From: Rebecca billardiae RCC1528
Lineage: Eukaryota; Protista; Haptophyta
Length of the DNA: 64,000 nt
Direction of reading: 5' to 3'
NCBI GenBank assembly: GCA_965240325.2
Contig: OZ251239.1
Span: 620,001 to 684,000, forward strand
The notes under the pieces were generated by a model that made no database searches, was not told the DNA's origin, and worked only from the letters and a program-made list of their open reading frames with translations. The first letter of the stretch is position 1, and every line of letters begins with the position of its first letter. The translations under genes and the position numbers were made by a program. Below are positions 1 to 10,773 of the stretch, piece by piece.

Positions 1-1011
1 AGGAGCCCAGTCCCAGAGTGTGATCACGCCGGCTGCACCACGCGGCCTTCGTTCGGCATGCCGGGTGACGCGCGCGCCAGCCGGTGCGCCACGCACAAGC
101 TGGCCGGCATGGTCGACGTGAAGAACCTCGAGTGTGATCACGCCGGCTGCACCACGCGGCCTTCGTTCGGCATGCCGGGCGACGCGCGCGCCAGCCGGTG
201 CGCCACGCACAAGCTGGCCGGCATGGTCGACGTGGTGAACCGCAAGTGTGATCACGTCAGTTGCACCAAGGAGCCTTCGTTTGGCATGCCGGGCGACGCG
301 CGCGCCAGCCGGTGCGCTACGCACAAGCTGGCCGGCATGGTCGACGTGAGGAGCCCCAAGTGTGATCACGCTGGCTGCACCAAGCAGCCTTCATTCGGCA
401 TGCCGGGCGACGCGCGCGCCAGCCGGTGCGCTACGCACAAGCTGGCCGGCATGGTCGACGTGAGGAGCCCCAACTGTGATCACGCGGGCTGCACCAAGAA
501 GCCTTCATTCGGCATGCCGGGCGACGCGCGCGCCAGCCGGTGCGCTACGCACAAGCTGGCCGGCATGGTTGATAGTCGTCTCGCCGTCCCCAAGCGCAGG
601 CTGGAGCATGGCACGGATGGCACCGGCGACCAGGGCACGCGCGCCGCGAAGCGACGGCACAAACCCACCAGCTGCGTTGCCGCTGTTTCGGACGCCGCGC
701 CGCAGCTTTCACCACCGCCGCCGCTGGTCCCTGTCAGCATCGTCCGCTGGCGCTCGCCAGATGGCACGATCCATTCGGTTGACGACGGGGTGGTCAATAA
801 TGGTGTCTCAGTCTGGGCCCTGGACGAGCGGTATCAGCGTGGCAACGCAGGTGAGAACGCAATCCGGGCTGCCCATGCCGGCCATGGAATCACTACGACC
901 AGGGTCTACCAGCACGCATCAACACCACAGCGGTGCCAGCACTACCGCCGTCACCATCGATGGTGGTGGGAGCAGCACGCCGGCAGCAACAGCCGGACAT
1001 CCCTGTGGTGA
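1..1011 (+). CDS. EsV-1-7-type Cys-rich repeat protein, paralogue 1 (5 repeats; start just before the window; tail frameshifted)
   Basis: Frame is open from base 1 (RSPVPECDHAGC...). Five 38-aa C-X4-C-X16-C-X2-H-X12 repeats, then the DSRLAVPKRR tail. A 2-bp insertion near 891 (ggaatCActacg vs ggaatctacg in copy 4) shifts the frame, giving a stop at 1011 instead of the family stop at 1047-1049. Confidence 0.8.
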   Translation, partial: RSPVPECDHAGCTTRPSFGMPGDARASRCATHKLAGMVDVKNLECDHAGCTTRPSFGMPGDARASRCATHKLAGMVDVVNRKCDHVSCTKEPSFGMPGDARASRCATHKLAGMVDVRSPKCDHAGCTKQPSFGMPGDARASRCATHKLAGMVDVRSPNCDHAGCTKKPSFGMPGDARASRCATHKLAGMVDSRLAVPKRRLEHGTDGTGDQGTRAAKRRHKPTSCVAAVSDAAPQLSPPPPLVPVSIVRWRSPDGTIHSVDDGVVNNGVSVWALDERYQRGNAGENAIRAAHAGHGITTTRVYQHASTPQRCQHYRRHHRWWWEQHAGSNSRTSLW

Positions 1012-1272
1012 TGGCCAGGAGGGCCAGGGTCCGGGACGCTGCAGGCTGATGAAGTCGCGTGAAGCGTGGCTGCATACCCCCATACTGTATCGTTTTGGCC
1101 CTTTCAGAATTCAGGAAAATAAGGGTTTAGTGATCCCAACGTTGGCGGCTTGGCGCCATTTTGACGAATTTTCTCGCATCGCCACGAATATCCTTGATGG
1201 TTCGGCCTGCCCCAGGCCGGGCGACGCGCGCGCCAGGCCGCCAGCCGGTGCGCTACGCACAAGCTTGCCGGC

Positions 1273-2772
1273 ATGGTCGACGTGAGGAGCCCCACGTGTG
1301 ATCACGCCGGTTGCATCAAGATGCCTTCGTTCGGCATGCCAGGCGACGCGCGCGCCAGCCGGTGCGCCACGCACAAGCTGGCCGGCATGGTCGACTTGAA
1401 GCACCCCATGTGTGATCACGTCAGTTGCACCAAGGAGCCTTCGTTCGGCATGCCGGGCGACGCGCGCGCCAGCCGGTGCGCTACGCACAAGCTGGCCGGC
1501 ATGGTCGACGTGAAGAGACCCAGCTGTGATCACGCCGGCTGCACCAAGCGGCCTTCGTTCGGCATGCCGGGCGACGCGCGCGCCAGCCGGTGCGCTACGC
1601 ACAAGCTGGCCGGCATGGTCGACGTGAGGAGCCCCAAGTGTGATCACGCTGGCTGCACCAAGCAGTCTTCATTCGGCATGCCGGGCGACGCGCGCGCCAG
1701 CCGGTGCGCTACGCACAAGCTGGCCGGCATGGTCGACGTGAGGAGCCCCAAGTGTGATCACGCTGGCTGCACCAAGCAGCCTTCATTCGGCATGCCGGGC
1801 GACGCGCGCGCCAGCCGGTGCGCTACGCACAAGCTGGCCGGCATGGTCGACGTGAGGAACCGCAAGTGTGATCACACCGGCTGCACCAAGAAGCCTTCAT
1901 TCGGCATGCCGGGCGACGCGCGCGCCAGCCGGTGCGCTACGCACAAGCTGGCCGGCATGGTCGACGTGAGGAGCCCCAAGTGTGATCACGCTGGCTGCAC
2001 CAAGCAGTCTTCATTCGGCATGCCGGGCGACGCGCGCGCCAGCCGGTGCGCTACGCACAAGCTGGCCGGCATGGTCGACGTGAGGAACCGCAAGTGTGAT
2101 CACACCGGCTGCACCAAGAAGCCTTCATTCGGCATGCCGGGCGACGCGCGCGCCAGCCGGTGCGCTACGCACAAGCTGGCCGGCATGGTTGATAGTCGGC
2201 TCGCCGTCCCCAAGCGCAGGCTGGAGCATGGCACCGGCGACCAGGGCACGCGCGCCGCGAAGCGACGGCACAAACCCACGAGCTGCGTTGCCGCTGTTTC
2301 GGACGCCGCGCCGCAGCTTTCACCACCGCCGCCGCTGGTCCCTGTCAGCATCGTCCGCTGGCGCTTGCCAGATGGCACTATCCATTCGGTTGACGACGGG
2401 GTGGTCAATGATGGTGTCTGGGCCCTGGACGAGCGGTATCAGCGTGGCAACGCAGGTGAGAACGCAGTCCGGGCTGCCCATGCCGGCCATGGCATCTACG
2501 ACCAGGGTCTACCAGCACGCATCAACACCACAGCGGTGCCAGCACTACCGTCACCATCGATGGTGGTGGGAGCAGCACGCCGGCAGCAACCGGCAGCTTC
2601 AAGCTCGGCGGAGGCGATGACTGCTAGTCTGCGCACGCAAGCGTCGATGGCAGAGGACTCTCTCACGACTATGGGGATGGTGGCATGCTCAGAGGTGCGC
2701 TTGGTAGTGTGCTTCGGCACGCAGCCCGCCGCCCGCATCAGCTCCGTCCGGGCCTGCTGCGGGACGGTTTGA
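1273..2772 (+). CDS. EsV-1-7-type repeat protein, paralogue 2 (8 repeats; C-terminus replaced by an insertion)
   Basis: ATG at 1273, 8 x 114 bp to 2184, shared tail to 2592, then read-through into inserted DNA. The displaced native end of the tail lies at 3378-3440. Confidence 0.8.
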   Translation: MVDVRSPTCDHAGCIKMPSFGMPGDARASRCATHKLAGMVDLKHPMCDHVSCTKEPSFGMPGDARASRCATHKLAGMVDVKRPSCDHAGCTKRPSFGMPGDARASRCATHKLAGMVDVRSPKCDHAGCTKQSSFGMPGDARASRCATHKLAGMVDVRSPKCDHAGCTKQPSFGMPGDARASRCATHKLAGMVDVRNRKCDHTGCTKKPSFGMPGDARASRCATHKLAGMVDVRSPKCDHAGCTKQSSFGMPGDARASRCATHKLAGMVDVRNRKCDHTGCTKKPSFGMPGDARASRCATHKLAGMVDSRLAVPKRRLEHGTGDQGTRAAKRRHKPTSCVAAVSDAAPQLSPPPPLVPVSIVRWRLPDGTIHSVDDGVVNDGVWALDERYQRGNAGENAVRAAHAGHGIYDQGLPARINTTAVPALPSPSMVVGAARRQQPAASSSAEAMTASLRTQASMAEDSLTTMGMVACSEVRLVVCFGTQPAARISSVRACCGTV

Positions 2773-3377
2773 GCCTGGCATGAGCCCGCCGTCGGCTCCG
2801 CGCGGTGGCAGCGGCCTATTCGGATGACCCAGCACGAATAGTGAACAAGGTACCCCCATATTGACACCACCCTGAATATATATTTAAACCCCACCCGCAT
2901 TGTATAATAAACGTGTAGGTAAGCGCATCATATATGCGGGTACGAGTGTCTGAGTCTCTAATTAAGTGATGGGTAACAGTGCGCTCGATATCTTGCAGAG
3001 TAGTTTCATTTCACCGCCCTCCACGCGCACTCATCCGGTGCCTACTAAAATTTAGCAAGTCCACCTTATTAATTTTTTGGGGGCGGGTTGCAACGGTTAT
3101 GAATAAGTAAGTACGTCCGACGACATACCGTCATTTAGCCGCCATAACAAGTCGTTGACGTTTGGCTGAATCTGTATGTGACACAGTGGCGCAGCTGGCG
3201 TGCGCGCACGACCGCGCGACGGCACGCGGAGTCGAGTTTTGGGTGCTTCTGACGGCTGGGCTGGGTTCCAGGACATATTTGTGGGTGCCTCCGCAAGCGC
3301 CACGCTCGTCAGACACCTGAATCGCATGGTTGTCGAAAATCATCACAATTCAGTGGGCTGCTGTCATGGACCCCCTA
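2593..3377. mobile_element. 785-bp insertion of unknown class in the 3' end of paralogue 2
   Basis: Absent from the other five copies and flanked by a direct CAACCG (2587-2592 and 3378-3383). Lower GC. No matching TIRs seen, although the right end ...CCCCCTA resembles a hAT terminus. Confidence 0.65.
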
Positions 3378-3632
3378 CAACCGCAGGACATGCCTGTGGT
3401 GATGGCCAGGAGGGCCAGGGTCCGCGACGCTGCAGGCTGATGAAGTCGTGAAGCGTGGCTGCTTATCGTTTTGGCCCTTTCAGGAAAAGGGTAAAGTATC
3501 ATCGCCTTCCGTAATGGCCCTGTAACGGCCGGCGGGTCGCTCTACCCCTCGCACAGCGAGGGGTGCTCGACCGTTTAACGCCCGTAACGGGACGGATTGG
3601 ATGCACCTGGTAAAGTATGATGGTGCGCTGGC

Positions 3633-5252
3633 CAGGGCATGATCGTAGTTGGGGCTAAGTAGTGCTACTTTGGTTTACTCAACTAAGTAGCGTCAACTAC
3701 TTAGCTACCTCGGTCGGCTCCCGGGCAAAGTAGTCGCAACTACTTAGCTACCGCTAGCTTTCCGGCTCCAGCCACAGTCAGGGACGTCCACTGACCCTAT
3801 GGGGGGGGTGCATTTAGACGAACCCCTGGGAGCCAGGGAGCGATGAGGGTACCAATCGAAAGATCTCCGGGGCGGCGGACGAAGCCGCAGGTTCAAAACC
3901 GAAGCCGCAGACGATTTCGTATGTTTCCTTGTCCTTGAACGCGTCGTCACAGTCGAACACGGAGGACTCCATCCGCCATCGTGCTGAACTTTTTTTTGGG
4001 CTCCCGGACCGGTCTCTCGCACGATGGAGCGCCGCCGAGCGGGCGAGGAGACGAGACGTCTTGGAGGCCTTGATCCGGGCGCATCCGCTGGTTGGCCGCG
4101 GCACCCTGTCGCGCTCGCGCCCCGGGTGCACCTTCGTGCACTGAGAGTCACCGATGGGCGAGAAGCTGCTCGTCGACTCGAGCAAGCTGCGCGCTGTCCG
4201 CGTCGAGCTGCTCGCGCCGGCGCGGCCGCGCCTTGAGCTCGCGGCGGTGCGGGCGTGCGCATGAGCTTGTCGGCGTCGAGCTGCTCGCGCCCCGGGCCGC
4301 GCCCGCGCCGTCAGCTCGTAGTGGCACGGGCATGCGCACGAGCTCGTGCTTGGCTGCAGCTCCTCGGAGGACTGCCACAGCTGGCTGGCTCAGAGCCTTC
4401 GGTTCGCGAGTGCTGAGGTGCTTCGTGGCCTGCGCGGTGCGCCGCAGCGGTCAATGCGTTGCTCGATCCTGCACTGCGCTACGTCTTGACTCGCACGGGA
4501 GGCGCTGATATCGGGGCTGTGTGCAATGCGTCATGGCCGCCCGGCGCAGAGCCGACGCCGCACGACGCAGCCCTCAGCGCCAACACCGCGCAGCGAACAC
4601 TCGGTCTGCTATGCGAATTCTGGCGAGTTGGGGCCTTATTGAGGCGTATTTGGTCCTTCGATCGGCTGGGGGGAGCCCCCCCCAGACCCCCCCAAATGGT
4701 TAAATGCACCCCTGCTGGACGTCCCGGACAGTGACCAGAGCCTTCCGACTCGACCAGCTGAGTGAGTAGTCGTGGCTACTTCACTACGTAGAGTACTACG
4801 TAGTCGACTAGGTAGCTGAGCCGTGAGCGAGCACGGACCACCGCGCGGGCGCGAATCAGCGAGTCGCGACGAGACTCCCGTCATTCACCCGAGCCCGGCC
4901 GAGAATCGAGATCATCAGTTCATCAGAGCCCCGACTGCCGCCGCCAGAGGCATGGACCCGTCATGTCCTGTCACCTTTGCGCGCGCGCCGACTGCTATTC
5001 GGTCGCCGCCGCGCCGCCGCTGCACCGCCTGCACGCCGCCGCCCCCGGCCCGGCCAGCTAGGCACGGCGACTACGTAGGTGTACGTAGTGGCTACGTAGT
5101 CCAACTACTTAGCTACCTCAGTCGGCACCCCGGGCAAACAGTAGTCAGCGGCTACCCGTATGAGCTAATACCGCCAGTCCTGGAACCGAGTGAAGTAGTG
5201 ATGGCTACTTACGCAACTACTTAGTAAGTAAAGGTTTACCTACCATGCCCTG
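3633..5252. mobile_element. Non-autonomous hAT-like DNA transposon
   Basis: Termini CAGGGCATG...CATGCCCTG, perfect 8-bp TSD GCGCTGGC (3625-3632 and 5253-5260), and reiterated subterminal ACTACTTAGCTAC/GTAGT motifs near both ends. No transposase ORF recognised. Confidence 0.85.
3779..4727. mobile_element. Nested non-autonomous TIR element with 5-bp TSD (hAT5-like)
   Basis: Ends CAGGGACGTCCA...TGGACGTCCCGG with an inner GGGGTGCATTTA/TAAATGCACCCC inverted pair; direct ACAGT at 3774-3778 and 4728-4732. Confidence 0.75.
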
Positions 5253-5858
5253 GCGCTGGCGAGCGCTGGTCGCTGGACTCATTCTATGATTTAACGACAC
5301 AGGTAGGGGCGACGCGGGTCTCCTCCTTTCTCGGCGGCAGTGGCCCGTGGTGGTAGAGCATAGCCTGCACCGCGATCGTAAAGCTTGAGCGCGGCCTTGA
5401 GCTGCTGGAGCGCGATCCACCTGCGCTGCGCGGCTCGCATGGCCCTGCTGTGCCCCGAGCGAGGGCGATGGTGCAGGTCCGGATGTCAGCTGGCAGTCTC
5501 AGCCGCTGGTAGCAGCTGGTCGAGCCTGCCCCGTGCTCCCCGAGCGGTCGCGTACGCGCCTGCCGCTCGAGCCAGCTGGCTGGCTGGCGGCGGCTGGCGC
5601 TGCGGCATCGTCCAGGGTGCGCTTCGTCCGCTGCTGCGGCAGCTCCTCGTCGTCCAAGTCGTCGCCCGGGGGCGAGTCTCGGTCCTCGTGGAGCGGACTA
5701 CATCATGCATTCTTTGTAAACGTTGGCGCCATCATTTTCTCGCACCACGAATCCTTCGGGTTCGGCCCGCCCAACGACGGCAAGGGGAGTCCGCCCGCCC
5801 CGGCCGCCTGGGCGGCGCGCGCAAAGCCGGTGCGCCACGCACGCACAAGCTGTCCGGC

Positions 5859-7010
5859 ATGGTTGACGTGAAGCGCCGCAAGTGTGATCACGCCGGCTGC
5901 ACCAGGGTGCCTTCATTCGGCATGCCCGGCGACGCGCGCGCCAGCCGGTGCGCTACGCACACGCTGGCCGGCATGATCAACGTGAAGCACCCCAGCTGTG
6001 ATCACGCTGGCTGCACCAAGCAGCCTTCGTTCGGCATGCCGGGCGGCGCGCGCGCCAGCCGGTGCGCTACGCACAAGCTGGCCGGCATGGTCGACGTGAA
6101 GAGCCGCAAGTGTGATCACACCGGCTGCACCAAGGTGCCTTCATTCGGCATGCCGGGCGACGCGCGCGCCAGCCGGTGCGCTACGCACAAGCTGGCCGGC
6201 ATGGTCGACGTGGTGAGCCCCAGCTGTGATCACGCTGGCTGCACCAAGGTGCCTTCGTTCGGCATGCCGGGCGACGCGCGCGCCAGCCTGTGCGCTACGC
6301 ACAAGCTGGCCGGCATGGTTGACGTGAAGAGCCGCAAGTGTGATCACACCGGCTGCACCAAGGTGCCTCACTTCGGAATGCCGGGCGACGCGCGCGCCAG
6401 CCGGTGCGCTACGCACAAGCTGGCCAGCATGGTCGACGTGAGGAACCGCAAGTGTGATCACACCGGCTGCACCAAGAAGCCTTCATTCGGCATGCCGGGC
6501 GACGCGCGCGCCAGCCGGTGCGCTACGCACAAGCTGGCCGGCATGGTTGATAGTCGGCTCGCCGTCCCCAAGCGCAGGCTGGAGCATGGCACCGGCGACC
6601 AGGGCACGCGCGCCGCGAAGCGACGGCACAAACCCACCAGCTGCGTTGCCGCTGTTTCGGACGCCGCGCCGCAGCTTTCACCACCGCCGCCGCTGGTCCC
6701 TGTCAGCATCGTCCGCTGGCGCTCGCCAGATGGCACGATCCATTCGGTTGACGATGGGGTGGTCAATGATGGTGTCTGGGCCCCGGACGAGCGGTATCAG
6801 CGTGGCAACGCAGGTGAGAACGCAGTCCGGGCTGCCCATGCCGGCCATGGCATCTACGACCAGGGTCTACCAGCACGCATCAACACCACCGCGGTGCCAG
6901 CACTACCGCCGTCACCATCGATGGTGGTGGGAGCAGCACGCCGGCAGCAACCGCAGGACATACCTGTGGTGATGGCCAGGAGGGCCAGGGTCCGGGACGC
7001 TGCAGGCTGA
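5859..7010 (+). CDS. EsV-1-7-type repeat protein, paralogue 3 (6 repeats, intact tail)
   Basis: MVDV start at 5859, 6 x 114 bp to 6542, full tail ending RARVRDAAG-stop. Confidence 0.85.
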   Translation: MVDVKRRKCDHAGCTRVPSFGMPGDARASRCATHTLAGMINVKHPSCDHAGCTKQPSFGMPGGARASRCATHKLAGMVDVKSRKCDHTGCTKVPSFGMPGDARASRCATHKLAGMVDVVSPSCDHAGCTKVPSFGMPGDARASLCATHKLAGMVDVKSRKCDHTGCTKVPHFGMPGDARASRCATHKLASMVDVRNRKCDHTGCTKKPSFGMPGDARASRCATHKLAGMVDSRLAVPKRRLEHGTGDQGTRAAKRRHKPTSCVAAVSDAAPQLSPPPPLVPVSIVRWRSPDGTIHSVDDGVVNDGVWAPDERYQRGNAGENAVRAAHAGHGIYDQGLPARINTTAVPALPPSPSMVVGAARRQQPQDIPVVMARRARVRDAAG

Positions 7011-7078
7011 TGAAGTCGTGAAGCGTGGCTGCATAATCGTTTTGGCCCTTTCAGAATTCAGGAAAAGGGTTTAGTGAT

Positions 7079-8074
7079 AAGCCCATTTCACGTAACCAAC
7101 CTCCAATAGCTGGCGGGAGTCTGAACTACAAACAATTCTGTCCGAGCCGAGAGGAGTTTGGGGGGAGGGCCGGGGCGGTGAGCCGCGTTGCCAGCCGCTC
7201 GGTGGCGCCGCCGCCGAGGTCGTTTCCGCGTCACACATCGACGTGCGTCGGTGTGATGTGTCTTCATCGGGCGTGTGTGAGTACTTGCAGGGGCCCTGCA
7301 TTCCTTTAAGGCTCGGCATCGCACTCCTCCGAGTGTGCACGCTCGTCAACGCCGTGCCGTGCGACTGCCTGCGCGTGTGGGCTTACACGCCGGCAATGTA
7401 GGCGAGACGAGCGCGGCTGAGCGCCAAGAGATGGGCGCTTCCACGCGGGAGTAGTATGGTGCGAGGCCCCCGACCCCTTGCGCATCGGCTCGAAGCGCGC
7501 CTGAAGCACTGGGCACTCTCCTTCACAGTATTGTCTCCCCCATCCCAAGCTTAGCTAAAACACCGCAGAAGTCAGAACGACGTGTTTCTGCGATTTGGAC
7601 GATGGTGTGGTCATCGCGTGGGCAGCGGACAGACTCGCTACTTCAGCTCCAGGCGCGCTTCGAGCCGATGCGCGAGGGGTCGGGGGCCTCGCACCATACT
7701 ACTCCCGCGTGGAAGCGCCCATCTCTTGGCGCTCAGCCGCGCTCGTCTCGCCTACATTGCCGGCGTGTAAGCCCACACGCGCAGGCAGTCGCACGGCACG
7801 GCGTTGACGAGCGTGCACACTCGGAGGAGTGCGATGCCGAGCCTTAAAGGAATGCAGGGCCCCTGCAAGTACTCACACACGCCCGATGAAGACACATCAC
7901 ACCGACGCACGTCGATGTGTGACGCGGAAACGACCTCGGCGGCGGCGCCACCGAGCGGCTGGCAACGCGGCTCACCGCCCCGGCCCTCCCCCCAAACTCC
8001 TCTCGGCTCGGACAGAATTGTTTGTAGTTCAGACTCCCGCCAGCTATTGGAGGTTGGTTACGTGAAATGGGCTT
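7079..8074. mobile_element. Foldback element with ~425-bp terminal inverted repeats; probable AT TSD (ISL2EU-like)
   Basis: 7079-7503 is the near-perfect reverse complement of 7650-8074. The empty site GGTTTAGTGATCCCAAC is present in other spacers; here it reads GTG-AT-[AAGCCC...GGGCTT]-AT-CCC. The superfamily call is tentative. Confidence 0.85.
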
Positions 8075-8192
8075 ATCCCAACGTTGGCGGCTTGGCGCCA
8101 TTTTCTCGCATCGCCACGAATCCTTGGTTCGGCCTGCCGGGCGACGCGCGCGCCAGGCCGCCAGCCGGTGCGCCACGCACAAGCTGGCCGGC

Positions 8193-9362
8193 ATGGTCGA
8201 CGTGAGGAGCCCCACGTGTGATCACGCCGGCTGCACCACGTGGCCTTCGTACGGCACGCCGGGCGACGCGCGCCCCAGCCGGTGCGCCACGCACAAGCTG
8301 GCCGGCATGGTCGACTTGAAGCACCCCACGTGTGATCACGCTGGCTGCACCACGCGGCCTTCGTACGGCATGCCGGGCGACGCGCGCGCCAGCCGGTGCG
8401 CAACGCACAAACTGGTCGGCATGGCCAACGTGGTGAGCCCCAACTGTGATCACGCTGGCTGCACCACGTGGCCTTCGTACGGCATGCCGGGCGACGCGCG
8501 CGCCAGCCGGTGCGCTACGCACAAGCTGGCCGGCATGGTCGACGTGAAGAGCCGTAAGTGTGATCACGCTGGCTGCACCACGCGCCCTTTGTTCGGCATG
8601 CCGGGCGACGCGCGCGCCAGCCGGTGCGCTACGCACAAGCTGGCCGGCATGGTCGACATGGTGAGCCGCAAGTGTGATCACGCTGGCTGCACCAAGCAGC
8701 CTTCGTTCGGCATGCCGGGTGGCGCGCGCGCCAGCCGGTGCGCTACGCACAAGCTGGCCGGCATGGTTGACGTGAAGAGCCGCAAGTGTGATCACACCGG
8801 CTGCACCAAGAAGCCTTCATTCGGCATGCCGGGCGACGCGCGCGCCAGCCGGTGCGCTACGCACAAGCTGGCCGGCATGGTTGATAGTCGGCTCGCCGTC
8901 CCCAAGCGCAGGCTGGAGCATGGCACGGACGGCACCGGCGACCAGGGCACGCGCGCCGCGAATCGACGGCACAAACCCACCAGCTGCGTTGCCGCTGTTT
9001 CGGACGCCGCGCCGCAGCTTTCACCACCGCCGCCGCTGGTCCCTGTCAGCATCGTCCGCTGGCGCTCGCCAGATGGCACGATCCATTCGGTTGACGACGG
9101 GGTGGTCAATAATGGTGTCTCAGTCTGGGCCCTGGATGAGCGGTATCAGCGTGGCAACGCAGGTGAGAACGCAATCCGACGGGCTGCCCATGCCGGCCAT
9201 GGAATCTACGACCAGGGTCTACCAGCACGCATCAACACCACAGCGGTGCCAGCACTACCGCCGTCACCCTCGATGGTGGTGGGAGCAGCACGCCGGCAGC
9301 AACCGCAGGACATACCTGTGGTGATGGCCAGGAGGGCCAGGGTCCGGGACGCTGCAGGCTGA
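8193..9362 (+). CDS. EsV-1-7-type repeat protein, paralogue 4 (6 repeats, intact tail)
   Basis: MVDV start at 8193, 6 x 114 bp to 8876, full tail with in-frame 9-, 6- and 3-bp insertions. Confidence 0.85.
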   Translation: MVDVRSPTCDHAGCTTWPSYGTPGDARPSRCATHKLAGMVDLKHPTCDHAGCTTRPSYGMPGDARASRCATHKLVGMANVVSPNCDHAGCTTWPSYGMPGDARASRCATHKLAGMVDVKSRKCDHAGCTTRPLFGMPGDARASRCATHKLAGMVDMVSRKCDHAGCTKQPSFGMPGGARASRCATHKLAGMVDVKSRKCDHTGCTKKPSFGMPGDARASRCATHKLAGMVDSRLAVPKRRLEHGTDGTGDQGTRAANRRHKPTSCVAAVSDAAPQLSPPPPLVPVSIVRWRSPDGTIHSVDDGVVNNGVSVWALDERYQRGNAGENAIRRAAHAGHGIYDQGLPARINTTAVPALPPSPSMVVGAARRQQPQDIPVVMARRARVRDAAG

Positions 9363-10773
9363 TGAAGTCGTGAAGCGTGGCTGCATATCGTTTTGGCCCT
9401 TTCAGAAAACTCTGCCCTGGCGGGCGGGGGGGTCGGCGGGCAGTGCCAGTGCTGTCGCAATATTTCCCCAGCGGGTTCGCGCCTTTTTTTTAGCGTTTTG
9501 ACGGGCGCAGGATGACGAATAACAATGCTGCGACACACAGATGATGGTGAGCAGCTACCTGACTCACTGACGAATAATAACGCGACAGATGACTCTGGTG
9601 ATCTCACCGACAGTGTGATTGCGCGTGTATTCGTGCACCCACTGCGCTACTCGTCATCGTGCCGAGCCGTCGACTGCGCGCACGCACTGGCCAACTGATT
9701 GGCGTGCGACGGCGGCTTGCTTGTGACGCCTGACGGTGACGGTTCAATGTCATCGGAGCTAAACAGTGGTGGCGGAGTGTGATGTCATGTTTCATTTGTT
9801 TAGGTCGTCTGGAAGTGCGGTGCGCGCGCGCGCAGTGCGAGAGCGTGTGCCACTCGCGATCGAGGGTGGGCACGCGCTGCTCGAGCAGGCACAGGAAGCG
9901 TAGCGCATGCGTCACCGGCTTCACGACGTTGGCCTCGTCCCGCAGCGCCCGTGTCATGGACAAGGATGGCGCGGCGATCTTGCACGCGCGACGTTTCATC
10001 TCGGCGCAGATGCGCACCTGGGATTTGTGATAGCGCGCTGTCGCCTCAGTCGCCGACTCGCGAAGACGCGATTCCGGCCACGGCGGCAGAACCGGCAGGT
10101 GCGTGCGGTGCGCCTCGTACGCCGCTTCGCGCTGCGCCTCCGTCGCACTGGCCACCGTCGACGCCATGCAGGCTGGACGTGGGCCCTCAGGCGCCGAGCG
10201 GGCGCCGAGCGATCTTTGGTCGCGAGCTCGCGAGCGCGAAAGATGATCGCTCGCTCTGGAACACCACCGACCGTAGCAAACGGATTTGCATGCGCCCGAC
10301 CTTGCCAACCGGGGCACGCGACAGTCCGGTGTGTGGATTCCGGTATGGTGTTCAGAAGGCCGCGCCAAAGCTTGCGTCGCGTGCGATGGCGCTTCCCGCC
10401 CGCGAGACGCCTCGTGATGAATGCGTTTCCGCACCGAGCCCGACGCGCGACGGTGGATCGCGCGAAGCGGCCATCATGCGCAGCGCATGATGCTATGGCC
10501 CGTGCGAGCGTTCGACGTGCAAGTCGGGCGAGGACCGCCCCAGGTCGCACGATCGTGTCGACGCGCCGAGCGTACCGCATCAAACGGGTCGATTTGGGCC
10601 CCGTTCGACCTGCACGCGAGACGACGAGGGCAGCAATCGCGAATCGGGCGAAAACACCGTTCGGGAATCCTCGCGCGATGTCCGCGCCGGCGTTGGATTT
10701 GGCGCGCGCGGCCCATGCGCTCCGCGCCATGCGGAAGTTGTTTTCGGCCGAGCGTCCCCAGTGGGAGCTGTGA

